Positions 33,258-43,866 of a stretch of DNA of 64,000 nt are shown here, piece after piece (positions within the stretch are counted from its first letter, which is position 1; each line of letters opens with the position of its first letter). Below the pieces are notes generated by a model that worked only from the letters and a program-made list of their open reading frames with translations, did no database searches and was not told where the DNA came from. Where the stretch lies: positions 77,128 to 141,127 of the forward strand of contig JAZDJN010000091.1 in assembly GCA_043803945.1 (NCBI GenBank), read 5' to 3'. Source of the stretch: a bacterium (lineage in GTDB: Bacteria > Bacteroidota > Ignavibacteria > UBA10030). The position numbers and the translations under genes are program-made.

Positions 33258-33435
33258 GCATTTTTTTAGGCAAACCATTGATTTTCCTATAGCTATGAAT
33301 CCCTTGCCTAAAGCGAAACACTACTCCTCTTGAGTATCTTGTTGGGGAACATTAAGGAACGGGAGTTGGGGAACTGAAATCTCCCGCTTTCTTACCCACA
33401 GCTTTTTTACTCTTTTCGCTGTGGTCACTGGGATA

Positions 33436-33464
33436 AGTATAATCAATTCAGGTTCGTTTGTCAA
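33436..33464 (-). promoter_or_regulatory. Distal promoter of surface protein A
   Basis: TTGACA-N17-TATACT, near the sigma70 consensus. Confidence 0.65.
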
Positions 33465-33535
33465 GAGCCTGAGGGTTAAATTATTCAAATAAATCGCACT
33501 GTGTGAGCGGGGTCAAATGAGCGAAAATCAAGATA

Positions 33536-33611
33536 ATATGAGGGTATGAGCGTAAGAGAGTATGAGAATGAGAGGTTGAGAGTGTGAGAGGGGGAGACTT
33601 GGAGAGAGGGA
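33536..33611 (+). repeat. Degenerate ~8-bp purine-rich tandem repeat
   Basis: tatgaggg tatgagcg taagagag tatgagaa ... tgtgagag ... ttggagag. Confidence 0.55.
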
Positions 33612-33663
33612 GAATAAGAATTATGAAACTTTCAACCTGAAACTTACACCCTTCCCTCCTTTC

Positions 33664-36600
33664 CTACCTCATCTTCACAAGCTTCTCGATCCAGTCGAAT
33701 CTCTCCTCACCAAACCTGCCAGTAATCTTATAGAGATAGACTCCGTTAGCAATCTCATTTCCATCCCTATCTCTTCCATCCCAGCGCATTCGATTCAGAC
33801 CAAAACGGAGTTCCATTTGCTGCACCTTTATCTCCTGGATCAGGCGACCCGCGATGGTAAATATTTTTACTGCTATCTCTTCAGGAATCTTTGAGCCAAC
33901 GATATTAAATGTAAAATCTGTCGCCAGGTGAAATGGATTGGGGTAATTGAAAATGTCCACCACTTGATTCGTTTCATCCACCCGAAACGAGATCCTTGCT
34001 GCATTGGTGTCGGCAAAGTTGCCAGCTACATCAACCACTTGTACCGACAAAAGATGTTCTCCACTCGTGAGCTGCGGACGAACGATAAGCGTTGCCTGTG
34101 AACCTCCATTCCCCTGCTGAACGACATTTTCTGAAGTTGGAGCAGAATGAATTTTCCTGTCATCAAGCCTTAATTCAATCATATTGGGATCTACTATTCG
34201 CATTGGGACATTATCAATGAAATCAATGCGGATTTCAGGACGGGCCGAAACATAATCACCCTCGAGAATATGCTGGCCATCGAATGTAATTTCGATTGAA
34301 GGACGCACCGTATCCGAACTCACAATAATTGACAGCGCATAAAGATTATTTGACCGATAGAGTTCAGATAATCTGTTCTCCGGATCAATAGAGATCATGA
34401 GAGTGTGACTCCCTTTTCTACCAGCGGTGTTGAATATCGATTTGAATGCAGAAGCAGAATTCGGAGGTATAGAAGGAACGACAATGGTATCAAGCGGTAT
34501 GATCCACTTCCCCTGGAGATGAGCGGTAGCAACAACAGACACACTATCGACCTTCTGCCCTCCGACATTATAGACAGAACCATTCAGGATAACATCTTCA
34601 CCCTCGATTACGGTATCCTGTGAAACGGAGACAACCTGGTAGTTCACTGCTAATTCAGCGGGCGGCTCGAGTGAAACACTCCATTGTTTTAGCAACGGTG
34701 ATATTCCGGAAGCATTCGCGAAAAGGTCTGCCTTTATATTGATGGTCGGATAGATGGACGCTGGAATGGATGCCAGCGATATCGAGGTCTCTGGTGAACG
34801 GGAGATCAATGGTTCGACTTCACCATTCTTTTTTCTACCGATGACACTGACCGCAATTTGCGACCCATCTTCCAGATACTTATCTATTATAAGATTCAAC
34901 CACTTTCCCGCCGGACCGATATCAGGAGAGATGAGTGATCCCGAGTTCTCCTTCCGTGAGAAGAGCGTATCAATGACAGCACGGCCCGTATATGCCTTTC
35001 TCCATTGCTCAAACGCCGAGCCAGCCCGCGCACCCTTCCAGCCAATAAATGCCCAGGAATCCCTCAGCTTCAGGCTATCGATAAAATGGCTTCCAAATGA
35101 CCTAATAGCCGCGCGAGCTCCAGAAGTTAGCTGCAAAGCACCATCATCAACTACGAGCATCACCACAAGTTTTCCCGAATTTATTATTGCCAGTGCCATC
35201 TGCAAAGAATCTGAATGCGATGAAAGATAATTGGTGTCATACATCCGAATAAACTCAGGAGTGAATGTGACAGAATCCAGGACAGCAAGCGTAATGCCGC
35301 GGGAAAAAGTATTGGGAAGAATGTTCGATCCATCAAGTTCGAGAGCCCCAAAAGAACCATCTCCGAATCCCGACGATGTCACTCGAACACGAATGACACG
35401 CCCCGCAATCTGCATCTCATTCCGACCTGTCAATTCTGTATGAAGAAATTCACTCTGCACAAAACTCAATGAATCGTTTTGCCTCCATTGTACACCCTCC
35501 TGTTTTGTGAGAAAGAATTTCCCCTGGGAGACTGAAGCCTCCATTCCAGGCAAACCGACACGCCAGAAGTAGTATCGTTCGGCCGGCAAAGCAGGAAGAT
35601 CAAATGAGGTAACAACGTTCCCCATTTTACTCTCCAGCCGCAGCGGATTCCCAAATCCTTCACTGGAATCGATGTCCAGAGCAATGATATCGCTCCCATC
35701 CGGCGGTTTCAGGGCGGGATTCAGCACAATAAATTTCTTCACAAACTGAGAATAGTTGGGTAAAGGACTCACCACCTTCAGTGTCCTCGAGAGAACATTC
35801 AATTGAAGAGAAGCCGTATTATCCGATTCACTGATTTCATCCAGACGGTTTTCTGAGTCTCCCATAATAGTAAAGCAATGGAGCCCCGGTTTACCCTTGA
35901 CAGGATAGGCAAGAGAAATGGTGTCTGAATATCTCGGGAGCTTACAGGTTATTGTAGTCTCAATTTTTATTCCCTGGTATTGATGCAGCCACTTCACGCT
36001 CAAGGAATCGGCAGTTACCAATCCAGTATTGAACAGCGGAACACTGAGCAACACTTTCTCATCTTCATCTGTCGGGGTGGCAGGGATTGCATTGATGGCA
36101 TCGCCCCGCAGAATAATATTTGGTTTTTGAGGAAGGGCCAATTGAACTATCGGATCGCCAAGGAGTGTGTTCGTCAACATCATTACTCTATTATGGAGGC
36201 TCGACACCCCGCCCGATTCATTACTCCGTTTAATCTTTGCCAGCAAATGTGCTTTTCCGATTTCTCGTACTCCGTTCCGCAGCAACTCACGATAAAAATA
36301 TTTTGGGAGCGTCAGGGCTGAGAGTGAAGAGCCAAGCGCGGAATTGCCGATATACGCGATCGCAGAGCCTGATTCACCCAGCGTAAAGAGCTCGCCAAAT
36401 GATCTGATGTCCGGCTCAGCAAATTTCGCGGTTGAACAGCCAAAATCGGAGATCAAGGCAGATCGTCCGCGGCTATTCTGTAATTGAGCAGGATCGCCAA
36501 TCCCATTATCCCACGTTTGCGTTCCGCTATGGCCGATGTAGTTGATAACAACTCCTCCCCGATTGAGCGCTTCACGAATCTGGGAAGAAGTATATGGGCC

Positions 36601-39057
36601 AAAATTCGTTTGAGGATTGTCCGTTTTATAAAAGTGCATTGCCGTTCCACCGATGGGTGGAGGCGTAATCATCTCTTTAATAATCTCCTCCTGAACCATC
36701 TTGAACGACTCAACCTGCCCCGGAGTATTTGGATCTCCACCGGAAAAGAGAAGAAAGCTCTTATTCCAATCGTCAAAATCTTCCGTATCATATCGTTTGA
36801 TTTTCTCGATGACCCGTTTCAGTTCTATTATGGAGTTGACCGGTAGGCGTCCGACACAAAGCTGGGGAATCGGCAATGAGTCGTCCAACACCGCGAACCA
36901 GGGATCACTGACAGGGTGGCCATACGATGGGACAGTCGGGATAGGAGCAACCGATGGATTTACAGGTGGAATTGCATTCTTATAATCATACGTAGCATCT
37001 CCGACGAGGAGCAGGTACTCTGGAATCGGCCCCAACCAACGTGTGGTCGATTTGATATATTCCCGGATCGATTCCGGAGTCGGGTAACCAAATCCAAATT
37101 CATTATAGATGTCATCAACATCAACCAATGCGATCTTGCGTTTGTACTGAGACTCGATGGTCGAAGCATACGACTTACATTCCGCGATGTATCGCTTATG
37201 TGTAATCAAGAGATACTCTGCTGATCGTTGTGAATCACGAAGATTCGGGAAGTGAATACTGCTCTGGGTCAAGGGGATTTTAATCTTTGCAGGTGAGCAT
37301 AGCAAATATTTATCTCCGTTCGATACGCTATCGCGAAATGTAATTGTATATGGAGGCCCGGATGAGTGTTCAAGCACTGAAATTCGTTTCGGAGATGGGC
37401 TCAACTTATAAAGAGCGGCGGCGGGTGTTGTAAGTCCTGAAACTCGCACAACCCGAAGGCCATCATTCGGGAGATTTGTGAATGAAAAAAAAAGCGTATC
37501 TCCCACCGCACTCAACGAACGCGGATACTCAACATCGATCCAATCCACAATCATATAATTAATTGAAGAAGCAGTTGGCAGCGAGTAGACCCTAATGGCG
37601 TTCAGTCCATTCGTTAGGAGTTCAGAGTTAAAGCTCGCCTCGATGATCTCCTGAGAAAACCTGGTGACATCCTTAGCGGCGAGCGTGTCTGAAGAATTCA
37701 CCCGCACACGAATGCGATGTGCCGGTTGGCTCTCATCTGCAGCCCAACTTGCCAGGCGAACGAAGAACCTTGCCGCGGGATAATTTCTGAAGAGATTATT
37801 CACCTGAAATGTCGCCTGAAAAGTTGATTTTGCAGAGAGCCAGCTCCACCCCCAAACATCCCCGGCCAGCCAACGAGGATCCTGGTGCAGCAGCAAATTA
37901 TCTCCAACAAATTGCAGAAACGAATTTTTCTCAAGGTGTTGCACCTCAGTATACCAGCTCAGTGTATCAGCAGCTCCACGGATACCCTCATTGGTACTAT
38001 ATCTGAGGCCCTCTTCCCCGCCCCATGTTAAGCAGTAGTACGATGTGTCGGTATAGCGGTTGAGAAAATTTGGGTACTCACCCGATGCTGTGGCAATCTT
38101 CCTGTACTCTTCCAGTTCATAATTCCGAAAGCCCGGGAATTCCAAATAATCGCCTGGCTCAAATTTTCCATCTTCCTCACCGGAGCAATAGAGGGGTAAT
38201 TCCTTTCCTTTATTAAAGAGATGAAATGTTTTCGGATCAATCGAACCAATCTCGGAGATTTCTCTTTGCAAATTTTCGTAACGGAGTCGATAGAGTCCAT
38301 CCTCTGCAATCTTGAGGAGAATGTAGTTCTTCGTGTAGTCGATCCAGTTGCCGGTGGAGTCATTCCACGGCAGAGGCGATTTGGCAATACGCGGAAGATC
38401 CGCGGGATTAGCGACAAGTTCGTTTACGAGTAGATCGTTTGCTGAAGGCTGATTGTTGTGAGAGGAAGGAACTTCGAGTTTCTGGAATTCGAATCTCGCC
38501 TCAATCCGATCGGTGAATTGCAGGAGTGATCCGTTCCAGCGATAAGGGGAGAGGCGGATGCGAGCCAAACGATATCCCCGGTACCAGGCATACCCATACA
38601 CTTCGAGCAAGGGTATGTTCTCCTGCTGTTCACACTGTCGCAGAAGTACTGTCACCGGAGCTAGCAATGAGGAATCATGAGTCTGATGGTAACCGATTGG
38701 TATTGAAATCGAATCGGGAACAAGCAATGAGCTCTGAACTTGTCCAATTTGAGATTTGAGAGTGACACCGGGTGGTATTGCGAGGAAGAATTCCTGTGAT
38801 GGAAACGCCACCCGTTCAGATGCAATACGAGGTAATGCCGTTCCGATTGCAGCGATGCCCCCTGCGAAATGCTGATGATACGGAATGAGCTCAACATTCA
38901 ATACTAATCCTGATGGAAAATTCTTTGTCGTAATTGTACCCCATAAGAAACCCTTTTTGGCGGAGATGGAATCAGACACCTGAGAAAAAGCCGTCAATGT
39001 CAGAAATTGAAAATACACAGTGAGCAGTCGACCGAGCCGCCACAAATGATTATTCAT
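33664..39057 (-). CDS. Peptidase C25 (gingipain/PorU-like) with CARDB, ILEI-like and FlgD-Ig/CTD domains
   Basis: LKIAEDGLYRL, EYLLITH, DIYNEFG, YLLLVGDA, VGRLPV, NYIGHS (His ~36530), FGCST (Cys ~36437) and LLGDP motifs. ILEI-like RGITLAVLD..RDSWAFIGWKG. C-terminal NYPNPF..WDGRDRDGNEIANGVYLYKI. Confidence 0.88.
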   Translation of the reverse strand: MNNHLWRLGRLLTVYFQFLTLTAFSQVSDSISAKKGFLWGTITTKNFPSGLVLNVELIPYHQHFAGGIAAIGTALPRIASERVAFPSQEFFLAIPPGVTLKSQIGQVQSSLLVPDSISIPIGYHQTHDSSLLAPVTVLLRQCEQQENIPLLEVYGYAWYRGYRLARIRLSPYRWNGSLLQFTDRIEARFEFQKLEVPSSHNNQPSANDLLVNELVANPADLPRIAKSPLPWNDSTGNWIDYTKNYILLKIAEDGLYRLRYENLQREISEIGSIDPKTFHLFNKGKELPLYCSGEEDGKFEPGDYLEFPGFRNYELEEYRKIATASGEYPNFLNRYTDTSYYCLTWGGEEGLRYSTNEGIRGAADTLSWYTEVQHLEKNSFLQFVGDNLLLHQDPRWLAGDVWGWSWLSAKSTFQATFQVNNLFRNYPAARFFVRLASWAADESQPAHRIRVRVNSSDTLAAKDVTRFSQEIIEASFNSELLTNGLNAIRVYSLPTASSINYMIVDWIDVEYPRSLSAVGDTLFFSFTNLPNDGLRVVRVSGLTTPAAALYKLSPSPKRISVLEHSSGPPYTITFRDSVSNGDKYLLCSPAKIKIPLTQSSIHFPNLRDSQRSAEYLLITHKRYIAECKSYASTIESQYKRKIALVDVDDIYNEFGFGYPTPESIREYIKSTTRWLGPIPEYLLLVGDATYDYKNAIPPVNPSVAPIPTVPSYGHPVSDPWFAVLDDSLPIPQLCVGRLPVNSIIELKRVIEKIKRYDTEDFDDWNKSFLLFSGGDPNTPGQVESFKMVQEEIIKEMITPPPIGGTAMHFYKTDNPQTNFGPYTSSQIREALNRGGVVINYIGHSGTQTWDNGIGDPAQLQNSRGRSALISDFGCSTAKFAEPDIRSFGELFTLGESGSAIAYIGNSALGSSLSALTLPKYFYRELLRNGVREIGKAHLLAKIKRSNESGGVSSLHNRVMMLTNTLLGDPIVQLALPQKPNIILRGDAINAIPATPTDEDEKVLLSVPLFNTGLVTADSLSVKWLHQYQGIKIETTITCKLPRYSDTISLAYPVKGKPGLHCFTIMGDSENRLDEISESDNTASLQLNVLSRTLKVVSPLPNYSQFVKKFIVLNPALKPPDGSDIIALDIDSSEGFGNPLRLESKMGNVVTSFDLPALPAERYYFWRVGLPGMEASVSQGKFFLTKQEGVQWRQNDSLSFVQSEFLHTELTGRNEMQIAGRVIRVRVTSSGFGDGSFGALELDGSNILPNTFSRGITLAVLDSVTFTPEFIRMYDTNYLSSHSDSLQMALAIINSGKLVVMLVVDDGALQLTSGARAAIRSFGSHFIDSLKLRDSWAFIGWKGARAGSAFEQWRKAYTGRAVIDTLFSRKENSGSLISPDIGPAGKWLNLIIDKYLEDGSQIAVSVIGRKKNGEVEPLISRSPETSISLASIPASIYPTINIKADLFANASGISPLLKQWSVSLEPPAELAVNYQVVSVSQDTVIEGEDVILNGSVYNVGGQKVDSVSVVATAHLQGKWIIPLDTIVVPSIPPNSASAFKSIFNTAGRKGSHTLMISIDPENRLSELYRSNNLYALSIIVSSDTVRPSIEITFDGQHILEGDYVSARPEIRIDFIDNVPMRIVDPNMIELRLDDRKIHSAPTSENVVQQGNGGSQATLIVRPQLTSGEHLLSVQVVDVAGNFADTNAARISFRVDETNQVVDIFNYPNPFHLATDFTFNIVGSKIPEEIAVKIFTIAGRLIQEIKVQQMELRFGLNRMRWDGRDRDGNEIANGVYLYKITGRFGEERFDWIEKLVKMR

Positions 39058-40169
39058 TTACTCAATCCTCTCCCTGTAGTGATTATCGATTGATAGTATT
39101 CTATCGTCTCATCGATACACCGGTCATACCCAAAACATTCTTCATTCTTTTTTTTCGCTGCGCTCCCAAGTCTATGAGCTTCCTCTGGATGCTCAAGAAG
39201 GAATTGGATTGCAGAGGCCAGTGCGGGCGGGTCTTGTGGCGGCACGAGTATCCCAGTTCTGAAATGTGTAATGAACTCCGATATGCCGCCCACATTAGTG
39301 GCAATGTGCGCCTTACCAAGGCTGCCAGCTTCAAGAAGAGTAAGGGGTAATCCCTCCTGGAACGAGGCAAGGATAAAAAAATCGGCAAGCGAACCAACCG
39401 GCTGGAAGCTTATCGATGAAGGAAGAAAGCGTATAATGTCGCTAAGCTTCTGCTCAACAATTCTCTGTGCGAGCAATTGCTTCCTCTCACCATCCCCGAC
39501 GAACAGCACTACGGCATGCTCCCGGCGAAGTATGTCAGCGTTCATACGAATTGCCTCGATAATGGACCGATGATCCTTTTCGGGAGAGAGTCGGGCAACA
39601 CAGGCTATCACCTTGTTTCTTGCCGATAATCCAAGCTCCATTCTTTTTTCCACCAGTTCATAAGTCGTCATTGGTTTCAGGGCGGGTACACCGGGGAGAA
39701 TGGTTCTTACAGCACTCACCTTCTTATGAAAGCTGCCAACCAGTTCCTGATTGATTCTCGCGGAGATGGCGATGGTATTATCTCCAAATATTGAACAGTG
39801 ATGGAGGTTGTTGAACAGGCTGTGACACGTTGAGAGATGAATGGTGCCTGTGATTCTTGCGATGATTCTGCCAAGCAGATCGGAGAATCGTTTATGGGTA
39901 TGAATGATAGTGATCCTATGCGATTGCACAACGTGGATGAGCGGGAAGAGAGAGTAAGAAAGCAAAGCGATCTTCTTCATTCTCTCTGTTGGCATATGTG
40001 TATGAAGAGGAATGAATGGGATAGGGCACTCAAGCGACTCCCGCAGCGGCCCATCGATTGCTGCCACGACCACTTCTATTCCGCGTGAATATAATCCATT
40101 GGCCAAGAGTGTCACATGACGGGGCACTCCGCCAATCTCCAGATCATCCGTGAGGAGAAGAAGTTTCAT
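39054..40169 (-). CDS. Glycosyltransferase family 4
   Basis: GGVPRH, ARLSPEKDH, EGLPLTLLEA and TNVGGISE motifs. The start at 40169 gives an ATGA overlap with the upstream gene. Confidence 0.92.
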   Translation of the reverse strand: MKLLLLTDDLEIGGVPRHVTLLANGLYSRGIEVVVAAIDGPLRESLECPIPFIPLHTHMPTERMKKIALLSYSLFPLIHVVQSHRITIIHTHKRFSDLLGRIIARITGTIHLSTCHSLFNNLHHCSIFGDNTIAISARINQELVGSFHKKVSAVRTILPGVPALKPMTTYELVEKRMELGLSARNKVIACVARLSPEKDHRSIIEAIRMNADILRREHAVVLFVGDGERKQLLAQRIVEQKLSDIIRFLPSSISFQPVGSLADFFILASFQEGLPLTLLEAGSLGKAHIATNVGGISEFITHFRTGILVPPQDPPALASAIQFLLEHPEEAHRLGSAAKKKNEECFGYDRCIDETIEYYQSIITTGRGLSK

Positions 40170-41422
40170 TGGCAATGAGTGATGCATTGCTTTTCATCTT
40201 GTCCTTTGAGCATTCTCTCACAGAGTTGTTGAAAACGTACAGTATGGCATTCCCAGGAGAAATGTTCTTTTATAAACTCTCTGGCTTCCCGGCCCATCTC
40301 ACGTATCTCATCTTTCTTATCCATCAGAGCTTCAAACTGTGAAAGCCACCGATAGGGAGTCAATTCGGGAAGCGGAATGATTCCTTTTCCCATAGAGTAA
40401 ATGTTTGAAAGAATACCTACTTCTGATGAACCGATAACCGGCACACCGGCCGCAAGCGCCTCGAGTGCGGCCAAACTCATGGTCTCATACTCGGATGCCA
40501 GTGCCAGAGCATCGTACTTCCCGAGCGACTTCATCAAAACCGGATGTGGCTGCCATCCCAGAAATGTTACATGGGCTTGAAGATTCAACGACATCGAGAG
40601 GAATTTGAGCCATCGCAATTGCCAGCCATCACCTGCAACGCTAAGATGAATCCTCTTTCTCACTGAGGATTTCATGCTGGCAAGTGCATAGAGCAAGTGC
40701 TCGATATTCTTTCCGGGGGAATCGAGCCGTGCAATCGTCAGAATCTGGAGCACGGATGGATCAATGTTAGGGTCTTTAGATTCAGAGGGAATATGAACTC
40801 CTAATGGTATCTCCACGATAGTTTTATCGCAAAAGAGACTTGATATTTCGCGAGTGTGAGGCTTTGAGAGAGTAACGATACAATCCGCTTGATCGAGGAT
40901 GGAGATGATTGCCCGGCAGGCTTTTCTCGCGGCAGATTTTCGGAAGGCTCCCGGCCCATCGTGATTTATGATGACAAAGGGAATTAAGTGTTCCCGTGCA
41001 ATTCTCCCAACGATGTTTCCCACAGGGTAAGCAAAATGTTCGAGGATCAAATCATACTGGTTCGCTCTGAGAAGCGACTCGATTGTCGATTCGAGCTGTC
41101 GGCCGACGAGTATGGGCAATATTTCCCAGGTGAGAGAATAGGGCAGATTAAATATCCTCTTATGAAAAACCAGCCCTCCCCCGCCTGTGCACATCCCGGT
41201 TTTTACTGCCCGGTTAGCCTGGATCCATTTTTGTTCTCTTCTAGATCCCAAAAGATTTTTCAATCTCGGCAGCATATTGATAACCGAAAGCACATCAACC
41301 AAGGCGAACTGTTCTAGCGCATGTACATGATCAATGAACCAGCCCGAGAATGACCAATCTCCCTCAATCGGATAGCGGTCCATGACAACCAAGATTCGTG
41401 GTAAAGTCTTATGCATACTCAT
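40166..41422 (-). CDS. Glycosyltransferase family 4
   Basis: ARLDSPGKN and ETMSLAALEALAAGVPVI motifs. Probable start at 41422 (TGATG overlap); the ORF track gives 41440. Confidence 0.88.
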   Translation of the reverse strand: MSMHKTLPRILVVMDRYPIEGDWSFSGWFIDHVHALEQFALVDVLSVINMLPRLKNLLGSRREQKWIQANRAVKTGMCTGGGGLVFHKRIFNLPYSLTWEILPILVGRQLESTIESLLRANQYDLILEHFAYPVGNIVGRIAREHLIPFVIINHDGPGAFRKSAARKACRAIISILDQADCIVTLSKPHTREISSLFCDKTIVEIPLGVHIPSESKDPNIDPSVLQILTIARLDSPGKNIEHLLYALASMKSSVRKRIHLSVAGDGWQLRWLKFLSMSLNLQAHVTFLGWQPHPVLMKSLGKYDALALASEYETMSLAALEALAAGVPVIGSSEVGILSNIYSMGKGIIPLPELTPYRWLSQFEALMDKKDEIREMGREAREFIKEHFSWECHTVRFQQLCERMLKGQDEKQCITHCQ

Positions 41423-42399
41423 CACTCCATCTTCTGCCATTTACCATATCTCATGCAAATCCAGTCTACTATTGCATCGAGAAAAGCCCGCAGCGCTGCA
41501 CCTTTTCCTCCCCCCTCTTTCTGAAGCACCACGCGATAGAGCTTCCAAGGAATGGCAGCCAACTGAAGTGAAAGGAAGAGCATTCTTTCCCACCACTGGA
41601 ATATCAGAGTTCCGAAGAGAAGATGGTTGCGGGTCCCGTAATAGACCTTTATCATATCTCCCGAATGTGAACTTGCCGATCCATAGTGGTGTATTGTGCA
41701 GCGAGGAATTATAGCAAATCGAAATCCCCTTAGAGCAAGTCGGACACAGAATTCGGTATCGTCATAATAGAGGAAGAAGCGTTCATCAAACTCGCCGTAC
41801 ACCTCAACGAGACTTCGCCTGAAGAGAAAGCATCCGCCGGAAATCATCACAAGCTTGCTGCAGTCTACCCGATGCTTTTCGATATCGGTTGCTGTAACCG
41901 GGTGCAGAATTTTTGTCCATCGGCGAGGGGGTTGAAGATAAATCGCTCCGGAGAATTCTTCTCTCCCACTACGGCTGTTGATATAGCGGCCCGTTACCCC
42001 TGCTGCATTCTCCGGAGCCGAAAGCATATGACGAACAAATTCTCCTAAGCAATCAGGTGCAACGACAACATCGTTATCGAGTTTCCAAAAAAATTCAACA
42101 TCTGCATGAGCAGCGCGCAGCCCCTGGTTATATGCTGCAGGGGCTCCAAGATTTTCAATATTCTTAATGAGTGCGTTGTACCGAAATCCGCGAAGACTCA
42201 TCTCCTTGAAGAACTTTTCGATTGCCTCTACAGAACCATCAGTCGAGCCATTGTCAATCACGAGAACTTGTAAACACTCTTTTGGATAATGAAGACCGCT
42301 CAAGGATTGAAGACAAGCAAGAATATGCTGCCTTCCATTCCAATTGGGAATCAGGGCGCAGACCATCGGGAAACGGTGCAAGGACTTCTCCAAAGTCAT
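41422..42399 (-). CDS. Glycosyltransferase family 2
   Basis: IPNWNG, DNGSTDGS, LDND, FDERFFLYYDDTE and TRNH motifs. Confidence 0.93.
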   Translation of the reverse strand: MTLEKSLHRFPMVCALIPNWNGRQHILACLQSLSGLHYPKECLQVLVIDNGSTDGSVEAIEKFFKEMSLRGFRYNALIKNIENLGAPAAYNQGLRAAHADVEFFWKLDNDVVVAPDCLGEFVRHMLSAPENAAGVTGRYINSRSGREEFSGAIYLQPPRRWTKILHPVTATDIEKHRVDCSKLVMISGGCFLFRRSLVEVYGEFDERFFLYYDDTEFCVRLALRGFRFAIIPRCTIHHYGSASSHSGDMIKVYYGTRNHLLFGTLIFQWWERMLFLSLQLAAIPWKLYRVVLQKEGGGKGAALRAFLDAIVDWICMRYGKWQKME

Positions 42400-43853
42400 A
42401 GATCACCTCTCTGGAAAAACTCTTTTCGAAAGGCAAGCAGGGAGCAGAAAAGAAAGGCGATGATCCCGAAAACGTCCTGCATTACGGTGGGACGATATCC
42501 CACAGTGTGGAGAAACCCAATTCTGATGCACCAAGTAGAAAAAACGAGACATATTCCTTTGAACATGGAATGGACAACAGATAAGAGTACAATGGAAAGC
42601 GGAGCCTCCCTCCGCATGAGCCAAAGATAAAGTACAAACTCAAGGAGAAACGTCATGGAAAAAATCGCTGATGCCGCGAGAGCTCCGTAACGAGGGATCA
42701 TCAGCAGATTCATCCCGCCATTAAAGGTGAACAAGACGATGGAAACGATGAGAATTTTCCGTTGTGCATTGAGCGCAATGAAGTAGCTGCCAATAATCAC
42801 ACTTATGCTTCGAAAGATCATTCCAATAAGAAGAATGCTCAGATAGAAAGTGAGATTCTCATACTCTTTAAAAAAGACGGAGTGAAGGAGGGATGATCCT
42901 CCCGTCAGAAACACCCCAATCCCCGTCAAGAGTATCGAAAGTGTCGTTTTCACAAATGAGGAAAGATGGCCGTATAACTGTTCCTTCGGAAGAGTTGATT
43001 TTGAAAATACCACCAGCGCAACTGCTCCGGCAGGAGTAATGAGCGCAAACAACGCTTCGCAGATTCGGCAGGCCACTCTGTACTCTCCCAATTCTCCAAG
43101 TGTACGATAGGAACCCAGTAAGAGTGAATCGATGTTCGCCAGAAAAATCATGCATGCCATCGCGAGCACTAGCGGCAAGCTTGACCGGAGAAGAGCGGTT
43201 CCATTGTCTATGAGCATGGTCAATGGAATAAATTCGATACAGGATGGCATTGACCGGTATGCCATAATTGCCACGACGGCTGCACTCACTACTGTGGCCA
43301 CACCAACAATATTCAAATCATGCGGTGATGAGAGAAAAAGAACGACCACCATCATATTACAAACCGCACCGGCAACCATGGCCACGGTCGCTTCACGAAA
43401 CCTGCTCGATCCTTTGAGTGCCTGCAGAAGGGAGATATTTTGGAACAAGAGCGCGACACAACAGAAGTAAAGCAGATGGCGCAACTCAACAGATGTATTC
43501 CAGTGCATGATGCCAACCACGATGAGTAAACTCACAAACGCCCACATGCCAACACGGAGAATGAGAAATGCCCCGATCACACCGGATGATCGGCTGCGGT
43601 TTCCGGAGATGGATGAGAGAAGAGGAACATCGAGCTGAAATCCTGCGAGGAGATGGGCAAATGCCATAATCGACCAGGCAAAGGAGACGATGCCAAATGC
43701 TTCTTTCCCTAACCGGTTTGCCATCACAAGCATCGCCACAAATGAAAATACCCGCACAGTTCCTTCTCCTATCGACATCAACAGCACTGGAGATATTCTC
43801 CTGCTAGAGAGCATCAAGCGATGCTGAACCTGACTATTCTCAACCATTATCAT
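42396..43853 (-). CDS. Wzx-type polysaccharide flippase
   Basis: About 12-14 TM segments. NRLGKEAFG, NIDSLLLG..ELGEY and LMIPRYGALAAS motifs. Confidence 0.87.
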   Translation of the reverse strand: MIMVENSQVQHRLMLSSRRISPVLLMSIGEGTVRVFSFVAMLVMANRLGKEAFGIVSFAWSIMAFAHLLAGFQLDVPLLSSISGNRSRSSGVIGAFLILRVGMWAFVSLLIVVGIMHWNTSVELRHLLYFCCVALLFQNISLLQALKGSSRFREATVAMVAGAVCNMMVVVLFLSSPHDLNIVGVATVVSAAVVAIMAYRSMPSCIEFIPLTMLIDNGTALLRSSLPLVLAMACMIFLANIDSLLLGSYRTLGELGEYRVACRICEALFALITPAGAVALVVFSKSTLPKEQLYGHLSSFVKTTLSILLTGIGVFLTGGSSLLHSVFFKEYENLTFYLSILLIGMIFRSISVIIGSYFIALNAQRKILIVSIVLFTFNGGMNLLMIPRYGALAASAIFSMTFLLEFVLYLWLMRREAPLSIVLLSVVHSMFKGICLVFSTWCIRIGFLHTVGYRPTVMQDVFGIIAFLFCSLLAFRKEFFQRGDL

Positions 43854-43866
43854 AAAACCAAATGCA

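Noticed and set aside
33536-33611. CRISPR array (here and at other repeat-rich intergenic sites)
   Set aside because: These are short degenerate tandem or inverted repeats with no constant repeat-spacer periodicity, and no cas genes are present.
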